In this document: positions 21,901 to 32,800 of the stretch, piece by piece
Numbering within the stretch: position 1 is the first letter of the stretch
Layout: each line of letters opens with the position of its first letter
Source: an uncultured Verrucomicrobiae bacterium
GTDB lineage: Bacteria > Chlamydiota > Chlamydiia > Chlamydiales > Rhabdochlamydiaceae
Assembly (NCBI GenBank): GCA_963818965.1
Contig: CAWFUG010000009.1
Span: forward strand, 320,001-384,000
Direction of reading: 5' to 3'
Length of the DNA: 64,000 nucleotides
Position numbers and translations under genes: made by a program
The notes under the pieces: model-generated
Seen by the model: the letters and a program-made list of their open reading frames with translations, nothing else
What the model was told of the DNA's origin: nothing
The model's database searches: none

Positions 21901-24573
21901 TATTGTGTTCGATCACGACGACGCTATTGCCCCGGTCGACGAGTGCCTGCAGCACTTGGATTAGTTTATGGATGTCGTGAAAATGAAGACCTGTCGTCGG
22001 TTCATCGAGGATATAGAGGGTATTGCCACTGGGAGGGCGGGTCAGTTCTTTGGCTAGCTTGATCCGCTGCGCCTCTCCTCCCGAAAGAGTAGGGGAGGGT
22101 TGGCCGAGAGAAAGATAACCTAAGCCGACGTCTAAGAGCGTCTGCAGCTTCGAGCGGATTTTAGGCAGGGCAGAGAAAAAATCGAGAGCCTCTAAGACCG
22201 TCATCTTCAAGACCTCACTGATCGTCTTTCCCTTGTACAGAATCGAAAGCGTATTGGCATCGAAACGCTCTCCCTGGCAATGGACGCAGTCGACCCAAAC
22301 ATCTTCCATGAAGTCCATGTCGATTTTGATCATCCCCATCCCGCAGCAATGGGGACAAGAGCCCTCTTTCACATTAAAACTAAAGCGCCCCGCTTTATAC
22401 CCCAGCGCCTGTGCTTGGGGTAATTGGCTGAAGAGGTCCCGGATCTCATCGAAGAGCTTGATGTAGGTCGCTGGATTGGAGCGGGGGGTGCGTCCGATCG
22501 GCGTTTGATCGATCGCGATGACTTTATCGATATTCAGAGAGGCCGTGGACCTTTTTGTGCGTGCCGATGGAGAGTTGAGCGTGGTGCAGGTGGTTGGAAA
22601 GCAGAGGGATAGAGGGTGTCGGTGATGAGAGAGGACTTTCCCGATCCAGAGACTCCCGTAATGGCTGATGAAGATCTCAAGGGGGATGTCGACGATCGAT
22701 CTCTTTCAGGTTGTGGTGAGAGGCTTTTTCGATCGTGAGCTGAGTTGTCGCTTTTCTCCTTTTAGGGATGGGGATCTTTATCCTCCCCGAGAGATAAGCT
22801 CCCGTGAGCGATTCTGGAGAAGCGAGCAGAGCATCGAGATCCCCATCGACGACGATCCTGCCTCCATACTGGCCAGCGAGGGGCCCTACGTCGACGATTT
22901 TGTCAGCGGCGACGATCGTCTCCTCGTCGTGTTCGACGACGATGACCGTATTTCCCTTGTCGCGTAAGCTCTTCAGCGTCTCGAGCAGTTTTGCATTGTC
23001 GCGCGGATGCAGACCGATCGAAGGTTCATCGAGCACGTAGGTCGCACCGACGAGTCCTGAGCCGATCTGAGAGGCGAGGCGGACCCGCTGCGACTCTCCT
23101 CCACTCAGCGTCGGTGCCGTCCGGTCGAGGGTGAGATAATGCAGGCCTACCCCATTTAAAAAACGGAGCCGCTCCTTGATCTCCTTCAAGAGCTCCTCTG
23201 CAATTTTCCACTCCCGCTCTGAAACCTCTAAATTTTCAAAGAAGCTCAGCGCCTCATCGATACTCAAACCCGTTAGCTCAGCGATCCTCTTTTTGCCCAC
23301 CTGCGTCGCGGCTGGATAGGGGCGGATCCGCTCACCCTCACAGCTCGGACAGACCGATTCGTGGAGGAAGGGTTTCCACTTGTTACGGTAAATCTCACTC
23401 TCCGCTTCATTGTAGCGCTGCTTGGCTTCAAACAAAACCCCGCGCCATTGCACATACTCGGTCCAACGCGTGCGTTTGATGGGATGGACGAACTCCATCG
23501 CCGTCCATTTTTTATCAATCCCATACAGAAAACGCTTTTTTTCCCTCCTCGGGCACCTTTTTCCAGGGCGTATCGATCTTAAATTTGTAGAGGCGCGCGA
23601 GATTGTCGTAGATATTGCCAAAACGCACTGTCTGATAAGAGCTCGCAATCGAGCAGCAGTCTTCTGCGATCGAGAGCTCTGGATCGATCACTAAATCGAG
23701 ATTGAATTCCTGCACATGCCCCAATCCTTGGCAAGTCGGGCACATCCCACTGGGGTGGTTGAAAGAGAAATCGGAAGGTTCGAGCGGTCCATACGAGAGC
23801 CCCGACTTTGGGGAATAAGCATGCTGCGAAAAGAGGGTCTCCTGTTCGAGATCGGGCAGTGAAGACACTCATCAGCCCAGAGCCCACTTCAAGTGCCGCT
23901 GCCACCCCTTCGATGAGCCGGTTTTCCTCTTGTTTATCCACGATCAATCGATCGATTACGATATCGACATCGTGCGCTACCTTCCCATCGACTGAGATCT
24001 CTTCACTCAAATCGATGATCTTTGCCATCGAGGCGCACCCGTGTGAACCCCTTGCGCACGAGTTCCAGCAAAATCTTCCTTAAACTCTCCCTTTTTATTC
24101 TGCGCGAAAGGGGCGAGCAGCACAATCCGGCTACCGAGAGGCAACTGTTGGATCTGATCGAGGATTTGCGCAGAAGTTTGGGGAGTAACCCTCTCGTGAC
24201 TGACGGGACAGTAGGCGATTCCGATGCGAGCGAAGAGAACCCTCAGGAAATCGTAAATCCCCGTCATCGTTCCGACAGTCGAGCGGGGATTGCGTCCCGC
24301 GGTCTTCTGCTCAATCGCAATCGTCGGCGAGATTCCACTGATCAGTTCTGCATCGGGCTTCGGCAAATCCCCCAAATGGCGCCGCGCATACGTGGAGAGC
24401 GATTCGACATAGCGCCGCTGCCCCTCGACGTAGATCGTATCGAAAGCGAGCGACGACTTTCCAGAGCCGGAAACCCCCGTAAAGACGATCAATTGGTTGT
24501 GGTCTAGCGTTAAGTCCACACTTTTTAAATTGTGAACCTTGACCTTTTTTAGGATAATCTGCTTTTCTGTCAT
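18929..24573 (-). CDS. uvrA: Excinuclease ABC subunit A, double-length chlamydial type; several frameshifts in this sequence
   Basis: Four Walker A (GxSGSGKS) and four LSGGE/LDEP motifs, zinc fingers; ORF pieces join by removing single bases. Confidence 0.92.
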
Positions 24574-24590
24574 GAAGGTAGGTATTGTAC

Positions 24591-24741
24591 GGCGTTATTG
24601 CAAAAACAAAGAATTCACCACAGAGAGGGGAAACCACAGAGAGAGAATTTTTAGACCTCTTGGTTAGAAAAGCTGTTCAAAAAATTCCCTCTCTGTGGTT
24701 TCCCCTCTCTGTGGTGAATTTTTACTTGATGCAACGACGCC
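24591..24741. repeat. CCACAGAGAG palindromic element (uninterrupted copy)
   Basis: GGCGTTATTGCA...CACCACAGAGAGGGGAAACCACAGAGAG / inverse ...GCAACGACGCC. Confidence 0.9.
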
Positions 24742-24781
24742 CCATTGTATGAGCTCTTCGGAATTACTTCAAGGTAGGGGT

Positions 24782-25865
24782 ATGCAGCACTTTTTTCTTC
24801 TCATCATTTTAATTTTCACTTGTAACTTTCTCTCTGCGGTTCCTCCCAAAGGTGCCGTGCTCGTAACTGGTGGCGCAGGGTACATCGGGACCCAGACCTG
24901 TAAGGCTCTTCACGAGGCGGGGTATCTGCCCATTGCCTACGACAACCTCTCGACAGGACACAAAGAAGCTGTTCGTTGGGGTATACTAGAAATTGGAGAC
25001 ATCGGCGACGCCAAACGACTCTCTGAGGTCATCGATAAATATAAACCCTTTGCTGCCATCCACTTCGCCGCCCTCAAATCCGTTGGGGAGTCGGTCAAAG
25101 ACCCTGACAAATACTACCGCAACAACGTCTCAGGCTCTTTGACCCTATTTAGCGTCTTGCGCGAAAAAGGCGTCAAAAAAGTCATCTTCTCCAGCAGCGC
25201 GACGATTTACGGAAATACGATCACCAACAAACCCATCCCCGAAGAGACCCCTGCCCGTCCGATCAACCCTTATGGGACGACGAAGTGGCTCGTGGAACAA
25301 GCATTACAAGATTTTCATGAAGCCTACGGATGGGAATACGTAATTTTTCGTTATTTCAACGCAGCGGGAGCCGATCTGTTAAACGAGTGCGGCGAGAGGG
25401 GGAGAGAGCCCCATCAATCTGGTCCCGATCCTCTTGCAAGTAGCGGACAAGAAGCGCCCCTCCTTTAAACTCTTCGGGACCGATTATGCGACCCAAGATG
25501 GATCGTGCATCCGCGATTTCGTCCACATCGCCGATCTCGCTGACGCCCACGTCAAGGCAGTCGATTACTTGAGCCAGGGCCTCCCCAGCCTTTGCCTCAA
25601 TATAGGATCAGGGGAGCCCGTTTCTGTCAAACAAGTCATCGATCTCGTGCAGAAGGTCACACTCCAATCATTCGAAGTGATCGAAGCAGAAAAGAGAGAG
25701 GGAGATCCCCCTTACTTGGTCGCCGATTTAGAGCGTGCTAAAAAAGTGCTCGGCTGGAGCCCCAAGCACTCCCAGCTCGAGACCATTCTAAAGACAGAAT
25801 GGGCCTGGATGCAAAAACAGAAGGAGCCGGTCGCCGACGCAAGTTCAGAGTCTGATGGAATCTGA
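24782..25865 (+). CDS. galE: UDP-glucose 4-epimerase (frameshift near 25412; hydrophobic N-terminal extension)
   Basis: TGGAGYIG, HFAALKSVGES, FSSSAT, YGTTK, FRYFNAAG; second ORF has DGSCIRDFVHI. Confidence 0.88.
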
Positions 25866-25914
25866 GCTGTAACATTGTGACTAAGACCGCGTTTGTTCGT
25901 GAAGAACAAGCGCA

Positions 25915-25941
25915 AACGAATTTTGAGTCCACTTGGATAAT
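25915..25941. repeat. Degenerate arm of TATACC element
   Basis: TTTTGAGTCCACTTGG matches the arms at 18300 and (reverse) 52045. Confidence 0.55.
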
Positions 25942-26026
25942 AGGACAGCTTCTTACGGAAGTGGGTAGTTGAAAAAAATAGGGCAGGACTCCCATGATGC
26001 AAAGCAGTATACCTGGAGAAGAGGCC

Positions 26027-27475
26027 ATGAGCACGCGCACGACGACACGGACGATGACACGGACAAAGATCATCTGCACCATGGGACCCTCTGTCAATCG
26101 CTACGAGACGATTTTGCAACTCATCGACGCGGGGATGAACGTTGCGCGCGTTAATTTTAGCCATGGGACTCATGAAGAGCACGCGGCGGTCATTGCTCTG
26201 CTCAAAAAAGCCCGTCACGAGCGCTCTTGCCCCCTCGCCATCATGGTCGACACAAAGGGGCCTGAAGTGCGCCTCGGTATGGTCAAAAACGAACAATTCC
26301 CCGTCACAGCCAAACAGCGCCTAAAGCTCGTCAAGCAAGAGCTCGAGGGAACGCCCGATCACGTCACCCTCACACCTCCTAGCGTGATCGACACACTCAG
26401 CGTTGGATCGCGCCTCTTGATCGATGACGGTTATCTCATCGCCCACGTCGTCGAAAAGAACTCTGATAGCATCCTCATCGAAATCGAAAATGCCGGCTTT
26501 ATCAAAAGCCAAAAGAGCCTCAACGTCCCTGGGGTCGATCTCCACCTCCCTGCGATGACAGAACAAGATGTCGCCGATCTCACGTTCGCCTGCGCACAAG
26601 ATGTCGATCTCATCGCCGCTTCCTTCATCCGCTCAGCACAACACGTTCATGAGATCAAACACCTCCTCGACAAAAAGAACAAAGCAGAGATTCAAGTCAT
26701 CGCAAAAATCGAAAATAGCCTTGGCGTTCAGAATTTCGACGAGATCGTCCAAGTTGCCGATGGAATCATGGTAGCCCGTGGGGATCTCGGCGTCGAGATG
26801 CCGTTACAACAGGTTCCCTCCCTCCAAAAAATGATGATCCGCAAGTGCTACCACGTGGCAAAACCGGTCATCACAGCGACTCAGATGCTCGAATCGATGA
26901 TTAAAAATCCCCGGCCTACCCGTGCCGAAGCCTCCGATGTGGCCAATGCCATCTACGACAGCACTTCTGCCGTCATGCTCTCTGGAGAGACTGCGGTGGG
27001 TCAGTACCCGATTGAAACTGTCGAGATGATGAAGAGCATCGTCGAAGAAGCGGAAAAAGATTTCAACTACCGCGCCTTTTTCCAACGCGATACCTCTACC
27101 AAAGACTCTGACATTTCCCACTCTGTAGCGCTTGCCAGCGTCAACACCGCCTATGCCGTGGGTGCCAGTGCCATCTTCTGCTTCACGAGCAGCGGAGCCA
27201 CCTCTCGGCTCATCTCCAGCTTGCGTCCTCAAATGCCCATCATCGCCCTCACCCCCAACGAAAAGGTCTACCATCAACTCGCCCTCACTTGGGGCACCAC
27301 CCCCATGGCCTGCCCCATCCCTAAAAATGCCCAAGACGCCTTCCTCGCCACCAGCACCTTCGCTTGCTCCAAGCATCTGGTCGCTGTGGGAGACCGCGTC
27401 GTCGTCACCTCTGGTTCCCCATTCGGCATCAGCGGCAGCACCAACATGATGCTCGTCGAGACAGTTGAGCATTAA
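26027..27475 (+). CDS. pyk: Pyruvate kinase
   Basis: TKIICTMGP, ARVNFSHG, DTKGPE, IAKIEN, MVARGDLG, ATQMLESM. Confidence 0.97.
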   Translation: MSTRTTTRTMTRTKIICTMGPSVNRYETILQLIDAGMNVARVNFSHGTHEEHAAVIALLKKARHERSCPLAIMVDTKGPEVRLGMVKNEQFPVTAKQRLKLVKQELEGTPDHVTLTPPSVIDTLSVGSRLLIDDGYLIAHVVEKNSDSILIEIENAGFIKSQKSLNVPGVDLHLPAMTEQDVADLTFACAQDVDLIAASFIRSAQHVHEIKHLLDKKNKAEIQVIAKIENSLGVQNFDEIVQVADGIMVARGDLGVEMPLQQVPSLQKMMIRKCYHVAKPVITATQMLESMIKNPRPTRAEASDVANAIYDSTSAVMLSGETAVGQYPIETVEMMKSIVEEAEKDFNYRAFFQRDTSTKDSDISHSVALASVNTAYAVGASAIFCFTSSGATSRLISSLRPQMPIIALTPNEKVYHQLALTWGTTPMACPIPKNAQDAFLATSTFACSKHLVAVGDRVVVTSGSPFGISGSTNMMLVETVEH

Positions 27476-27819
27476 AAAAATGTTTTGCCTTGTGAAACGA
27501 CCAAAATTGATCCGTTTTTGCCCTGGAATTTAGCCATGTCCGAGAGAATCAGGGAGTTCTATTTCGACGACAAAACCTCTCTAAAGACAGGTTTTTCCAT
27601 AGCAAACATTATGCTTCAGCGCTATATTAGCTCGTTCTTTACGGAAGGCTAAAGCGTGCTCTACTGGTCATCAGAGGCGCGACTACTGCCATAGCCAACC
27701 CCATTCAGCAGGAAAAGCTCAAATAAATCGACTCTCTCATACAGAGAGTCTCCCAGGAATTGCCGTCAGGGTCGTCGTCTACGGGGAAATCGGTTTTACA
27801 AAAATAGGAGATTTAAAAA

Positions 27820-29586
27820 ATGGTTAAAAAAACAGTGTGCGCCTCATTGCTCATCGGAGGCGCGATTGCCGCCGCCGCGGCGCCTCCTCAGGACCAAAGG
27901 CTAGAGAAGGTCGATTCGATGATGCAGACCGCCCTTGAGCGTCTAAAGATCCCCGGTATCGCGATTGGGGTCGTCATCGATGGAGATGTGGTTTTTACGA
28001 AGGGCTATGGAGTGCGCACTCTCTCTGACCCGGCACCTGTGACGGAAAATACCCTTTTTGGAATCGGGTCCTGTTCCAAGGCGTTTACCGCATTTGCCTT
28101 GGGCCAATTGGTCGATGAGAGAATCATCACTTGGGACGATCCCGTCATCAAACACCTCCCTGAATTTCGGCTGCGCGACATCCATGCGACCCACCATCTT
28201 ACCATTAGGGATTTGCTCTCCCACCGCTCAGGGCTCCCGCGCCATGATGCTGTGTGGTACAATGCGCAGCTCTCTCGACAAGAGATCCTCGAGCGATTGC
28301 AGTATCTAGAGCCCACTTGTGATCTGCGTGAAAAATTTCAATACAATAATCTGATGTATCTCGTAGCAGGTCTTGTCATCGAAAAGGTATCGGGTCAGAC
28401 TTGGGAAGAGTTCGTTGCCGCTCGTATTTTTCAACCCCTCAACATGACCCGCTCTAATTTTTCCGTAGAAGAGTCGCAGCGATCTGATGATTTTGCATCG
28501 CCCCATAGAGAAAAGGATGGGCAGGTTGAAGTGATCCCTTTCAGAAATATCTCAAATGTAGGGCCCGCTGGCTCCATCAACTCTTCCATCGAGAACATGG
28601 TCCGATGGGTGCAATTGCAGCTCTCTAATGGACAGCCTCTCATCGCTCCAGCGACGTTGGAAGAGCTGCACAGCGTCCAGATGGCGGTGCCTCCTCAAAG
28701 CATGAAAGGGTTCTGTGGTTTTGGGTATGGATTGGGGTGGTTTATGGGATTGCACAAGGGCAATTATCTCGTAGCGCATGGCGGTGGCATCGATGGATTC
28801 GTCTCCCATGTCGTCTTGTTCCCTGAAGAAAAAATGGGCATCGTCGTTTTGACCAACTCTGATAGGTCTTTCTTATTCCCCAATGCGGCGTCCCTTGCCA
28901 TTGCCGATCTATTGCTCGATAAAGAAGAGGATGAGTGGATCCTTAAGCTCGAAGAGAAAGATCAGGAGATGAAAGAACAGGGGAAAAAAGCAGAGCAAGC
29001 CGCAGAAGCCATCGAGGCGATCACCACACGTCCCCTCGAGCATTATGTCGGTGCCTTTGAACATCCCGGCTATGGAGTGATCGACGTCTCACTCGACGAC
29101 GGAGACTTGCGCGCAACTCATAATGGCAACGCTTACTTCTTAACACATAAATGCTACGATCACTTCACGGGATCCTTGATGCTATGGGAAGTGCTAAAAT
29201 TCGATTTTTCTTTCATCGGCGATGCATTGGGAGAGATCTCTGAATTGCGGTTTGATATAGAACCGGCATTGCCTGCTGCCGTTTTTAAGAAAAAAATAGC
29301 GACAGGGCTTCTCGCCTCTGATTACTTGAGAAAATTCATCGGCACCTTTGAATGCCCTCTCTTTTGCCTAGAGATCACGTTCAACAAAGGCAAGCTCTTT
29401 GGGACCATCTCAGGGCAACCTGCCTGTGAGATGAAACCGGAAAAAAGTAACTGCTTTTCTGTAAAAGAAGTGCCCAATTGCTCCGTGCAATTCTTCACAA
29501 AATCAGATGGCGCGGTCTCAGAGCTACAGATCCATCAAGGTGGACAAGTTTTTACCTTACAACCAGTATCTGCTAGAACACAATGA
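27820..29586 (+). CDS. Secreted serine hydrolase, beta-lactamase/AmpC-related family
   Basis: Signal peptide; SCSK (SxxK), YNN and HGG motifs. Confidence 0.88.
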   Translation: MVKKTVCASLLIGGAIAAAAAPPQDQRLEKVDSMMQTALERLKIPGIAIGVVIDGDVVFTKGYGVRTLSDPAPVTENTLFGIGSCSKAFTAFALGQLVDERIITWDDPVIKHLPEFRLRDIHATHHLTIRDLLSHRSGLPRHDAVWYNAQLSRQEILERLQYLEPTCDLREKFQYNNLMYLVAGLVIEKVSGQTWEEFVAARIFQPLNMTRSNFSVEESQRSDDFASPHREKDGQVEVIPFRNISNVGPAGSINSSIENMVRWVQLQLSNGQPLIAPATLEELHSVQMAVPPQSMKGFCGFGYGLGWFMGLHKGNYLVAHGGGIDGFVSHVVLFPEEKMGIVVLTNSDRSFLFPNAASLAIADLLLDKEEDEWILKLEEKDQEMKEQGKKAEQAAEAIEAITTRPLEHYVGAFEHPGYGVIDVSLDDGDLRATHNGNAYFLTHKCYDHFTGSLMLWEVLKFDFSFIGDALGEISELRFDIEPALPAAVFKKKIATGLLASDYLRKFIGTFECPLFCLEITFNKGKLFGTISGQPACEMKPEKSNCFSVKEVPNCSVQFFTKSDGAVSELQIHQGGQVFTLQPVSARTQ

Positions 29587-30533
29587 GAGCGCTCATTCTG
29601 AGTTTTCTCCTATCATGCGCACACGTGTGCGCTACAGATTACGACATTCCCTCTTCCATTCGCTTCTCTCTCAACCGGGAAGCGAGTGCTTCGCCTCTAG
29701 TCTACTACTTTTCTTCTCCAGAACTTCTCGACAACTCTTATCCGATCCTCGTCCTCTGCGACGGCTCTGAGAGCAAAGAAGATCTGAGGAGCGTCTTCTT
29801 TATCCGAGACTATTTCGCCGAGCGCATGCGCTCTTTAAATGTCGGCTACCTCACTGTTGAAAAATGGGGGATCGATGGGAACACAGTCGACGAGGCGGAA
29901 TTTTGGAGTCACTACACGTGCTCCCAACGCCTGAGCGACCATCTCCAAGTGATCCGCCATTTCGAAGAACATCCTCCTCGGGGATGGAATGGTCAATGGA
30001 TCTTCGTCGGCGTCTCTGAAGGGGGCCCGCTTGTGACCGACCTATCGATCCTCTGTTCCAATACACTAGCTACCATCAATTGGGTGGGCGCTGTAGAGGA
30101 GAGCTGGGCAGATCAATTCTGGCATTTTTTCGAATACGGAAAGAAAAAGTTATCTTGGGACTGTCCTCCAGACCTTCCAACCACGCGCCGGGAATTCGAC
30201 CTCCTCGCCCAACAGATCATCGCCCATCCGACCCCAGATTTATGGCTGGGTGGAATGACCTATCTCTACCACGCCGATGCCTTGCAAAAACCTCCCATCG
30301 ATTACAGCAAAATCAGAGCTCCTTTCTTAGCAGTTGTAGGAACAGAGGACAGTCTGCTAGACTCCTGTGATGCCTTCGTCGAAAAGGCGTTGGCAGCGGG
30401 AGCTCCGATCACGTATTTCCGAGTCGATGGGATGGACCACTACATTAGAAAAAAACCAGAGATCATCGATCGCTCTTTTGAGTGGTTGAAAAAACAGTAT
30501 TATGAAGAACACCTACCACCTAGAACATTTTAA
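29583..30533 (+). CDS. Secreted alpha/beta hydrolase
   Basis: GVSEGG, VEKWGI, GTED, DGMDH; homologous to 2566-3777. Confidence 0.8.
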   Translation: MRALILSFLLSCAHVCATDYDIPSSIRFSLNREASASPLVYYFSSPELLDNSYPILVLCDGSESKEDLRSVFFIRDYFAERMRSLNVGYLTVEKWGIDGNTVDEAEFWSHYTCSQRLSDHLQVIRHFEEHPPRGWNGQWIFVGVSEGGPLVTDLSILCSNTLATINWVGAVEESWADQFWHFFEYGKKKLSWDCPPDLPTTRREFDLLAQQIIAHPTPDLWLGGMTYLYHADALQKPPIDYSKIRAPFLAVVGTEDSLLDSCDAFVEKALAAGAPITYFRVDGMDHYIRKKPEIIDRSFEWLKKQYYEEHLPPRTF

Positions 30534-30924
30534 TACGATTCCCTATGAGAGTCTTCTTTTTCAGGGAGTGAGTGAGGAGGCTTTTCGCGCAAAACAGCTG
30601 CCTCCGATTCAACCTTTTAGTGTCTTTATAAAAGATGAGCAACAGAAGGTGTGGGGAGGAATTTCTGGGACAACTTTCTATGGCTCGCTTTATATCGATA
30701 GCCTTTGGATAGAGACCTCTTTACGCCGACAGGGGTGGGGGAAGCGATTGGTACATGAAGCGGAGCAACTCGGAAAGGAACGCGGTGCACGGTTCGTTAC
30801 GCTCCATACGATGGATTGGGAGGCTTTCCCTTTTTATGAAAAATTGGGATATGCCATTGAATTTACTCGCAAGGGGTATGATAAAGATTCGACGATGTTT
30901 CTTCTTCGAAAAGAGCTGAGGTAG
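30502..30924 (+). CDS. GNAT N-acetyltransferase
   Basis: LWIETSLRRQGWGKRL, FYEKLGY. Confidence 0.9.
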   Translation: MKNTYHLEHFNTIPYESLLFQGVSEEAFRAKQLPPIQPFSVFIKDEQQKVWGGISGTTFYGSLYIDSLWIETSLRRQGWGKRLVHEAEQLGKERGARFVTLHTMDWEAFPFYEKLGYAIEFTRKGYDKDSTMFLLRKELR

Positions 30925-30927
30925 CAA

Positions 30928-31554
30928 ATGACAATTGACTTAAGCTTCTTCCTCAAGGGCATGATCTTAGGATTTTCGATTGCAGCTCCTGTGGGACCAG
31001 TCGGAATTTTGTGTATCCGTAGGACATTGGAGTTCGGAAAGTTGTCCGGCTTTTTTTCAGGACTAGGTGCTGCCGTTGCGGATACGTTTTATGCCTGCAT
31101 CGCGGCTTTTGGACTCGCTTTCATCTCGAATCTGTTAGTGGCTGAACAATTTTGGCTCCGGCTGGTGGGAGGATTGTTCCTGATCTGTGTCGGTCTTAAA
31201 ACTTTCTTTGCCAAAGTGAACGATAAGACCAAAAAAGTCTCCCATAAGAGCATCCTCAACGACTTCATTTCGACTTTTCTTCTCACGCTCTCAAACCTGA
31301 TGAACATCGTCGTTTTCTTAGCCGTTTTTGCAGCTCTTGGTTTGTCCACCGTGGATAACACCTATTTCGAAGCGGGATCGCTTGTTCTCGGCGTCTTTTT
31401 AGGAGCTAGCATTTGGTGCCTGATCTTCAGCGAAGGAGTGACCCTTTTTCGGAGAAAGCTAACCAAAAAGGTCATGCGCTGGATCAATTCCATCTCAGGT
31501 CTTATTATCATTGGATTCGGCATTGCGGCATTATTGACAATTATCATTAAATAG
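30928..31554 (+). CDS. LysE-family transporter
   Basis: IAAPVGPVGILC, GLGAAVAD, TLSN; multiple TM segments. Confidence 0.9.
   Translation: MTIDLSFFLKGMILGFSIAAPVGPVGILCIRRTLEFGKLSGFFSGLGAAVADTFYACIAAFGLAFISNLLVAEQFWLRLVGGLFLICVGLKTFFAKVNDKTKKVSHKSILNDFISTFLLTLSNLMNIVVFLAVFAALGLSTVDNTYFEAGSLVLGVFLGASIWCLIFSEGVTLFRRKLTKKVMRWINSISGLIIIGFGIAALLTIIIK
31520..31554 (+). repeat. 35-bp direct repeat, left copy (3' end of lysE-like gene)
   Basis: GCATTGCGGCATTATTGACAATTATCATTAAATAG, identical at 32745-32779. Confidence 0.95.
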
Positions 31555-31590
31555 GGTTTTACAATCCTGTTCAGAGGTTTTTTCTTTTGA

Positions 31591-32613
31591 TTATGTAGGA
31601 GAATTGATCAATGCGGCTTTCTCAAATTCCTTAATGGTTTCTAGGAAATGTTCTTCAATGAGAGAAGGCGTATCCAGTGCTTGCTGCTGATATTTGGAAT
31701 ATTCAGTTCTGGCTTTATCAAGAGCTTCTTCATGGCTTATTTTCCCTGCATGGGAGAGAATCTCGCGGGAGGCCATTTTTAGAAAATCATCGAGTTTAGC
31801 AATCCAATCTTTCATATACATGGGATTCCTGCTTAATGCTTGCAATTCAGCAAAATCCAGGTAGAGAGATACGATTAGGTTGAGAACTTTCAGTTCCTCT
31901 TGATTAAGATAGTTCTTTGCAATTTCCGCATCAGTTTTTCGAGGCTTTTTACCTAACCAGGAGGTGAGGCCCATATTTGTTTTCTCAGCATTTGCTCGGG
32001 AATAAATGATCTCAGCAGCTGTATGACCATGAGCTGCCCAGTGCATCTTATTTTGCACAATTGAAAAAAACTGCTTTGAAACTTCCGTTCTTGGGTCATA
32101 GTCGATGCTTGTGGCGTAGATGTCGAGGACTTTGCGCCAGAATATTTTTTCAGAGGAGCGGATATCTCTGATTCTGGCTAAAAGTTCATTGAAATAATTT
32201 CCTCCACCTGCCTGCTTAAGTCGTTCATCATCAAGAGCAAATCCTTTAATTAAATACTCTTTTAGTCTATTGGTAGCCCAGATGCGAAACTGCGTGCCTC
32301 TATGCGAGCTGACTCTGTATCCTACTGAGATGATCGCATCTAAGTTGTAGAAATCTATCTGCCTAGCAACTTCGCGGGATCCTTCAGTTTGAACTGTCCG
32401 GAATTTCCGGACAGTTGAATCAAGGGAGAGCTCCCCCTCTCTAAAAATATTCTGTATATGCTCAGAAATTGTGCGCTTGTCCTTGTCAAATAACTCACAC
32501 AATTGTGCTTGGTTCAACCAAACGGTTTCATCTTGAAGGCGTACTTCGATGCGGGTTTGCCCATCTTCTGTCTGATAGAGCAATAAGGAACTATCTGTAG
32601 GGATAACGTCCAT
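31591..32613 (-). CDS. Virulence RhuM-family protein
   Basis: ETVWLNQ, YNLDAIISVGYRVSS, QFRIWAT, IRDIRSSEK, VQNKMHWA. Confidence 0.9.
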   Translation of the reverse strand: MDVIPTDSSLLLYQTEDGQTRIEVRLQDETVWLNQAQLCELFDKDKRTISEHIQNIFREGELSLDSTVRKFRTVQTEGSREVARQIDFYNLDAIISVGYRVSSHRGTQFRIWATNRLKEYLIKGFALDDERLKQAGGGNYFNELLARIRDIRSSEKIFWRKVLDIYATSIDYDPRTEVSKQFFSIVQNKMHWAAHGHTAAEIIYSRANAEKTNMGLTSWLGKKPRKTDAEIAKNYLNQEELKVLNLIVSLYLDFAELQALSRNPMYMKDWIAKLDDFLKMASREILSHAGKISHEEALDKARTEYSKYQQQALDTPSLIEEHFLETIKEFEKAALINSPT

Positions 32614-32744
32614 CTTTCCTTCGACCAATTGTTTTAATGTAAGCGATCAGCTTAGCTGGATGTAGAAAAAAATTCTATTTCTATATAGTGGATCCAAAAA
32701 CTGTCTGATCGCTGCGGATGGGTTCATGTATCCACTTCAGTTCA

Positions 32745-32779
32745 GCATTGCGGCATTATTGACAATTATCATTAAATAG
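32745..32779 (+). repeat. 35-bp direct repeat, right copy
   Basis: Identical to 31520-31554. Confidence 0.95.
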
Positions 32780-32800
32780 AGCTTTTCAAGGAGATAAACC

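Noticed and set aside
18929..24573. uvrA as a pseudogene, or its double length as novel
   Set aside because: The indel pattern suggests sequencing error, and double-length UvrA is established in chlamydiae.
26804..27472. Long antisense ORFs over pyk, uvrA and valS
   Set aside because: Shadow ORFs produced by codon bias of real genes.
27476..27819. Possible ncRNA between pyk and the serine hydrolase
   Set aside because: Only a short hairpin (GACTCTCT/AGAGAGTC); no recognisable RNA family.
31527..31554. Fur-box-like AT-rich motif in the direct repeat
   Set aside because: It lies in coding sequence, matches only partially, and no Fur gene is evident.
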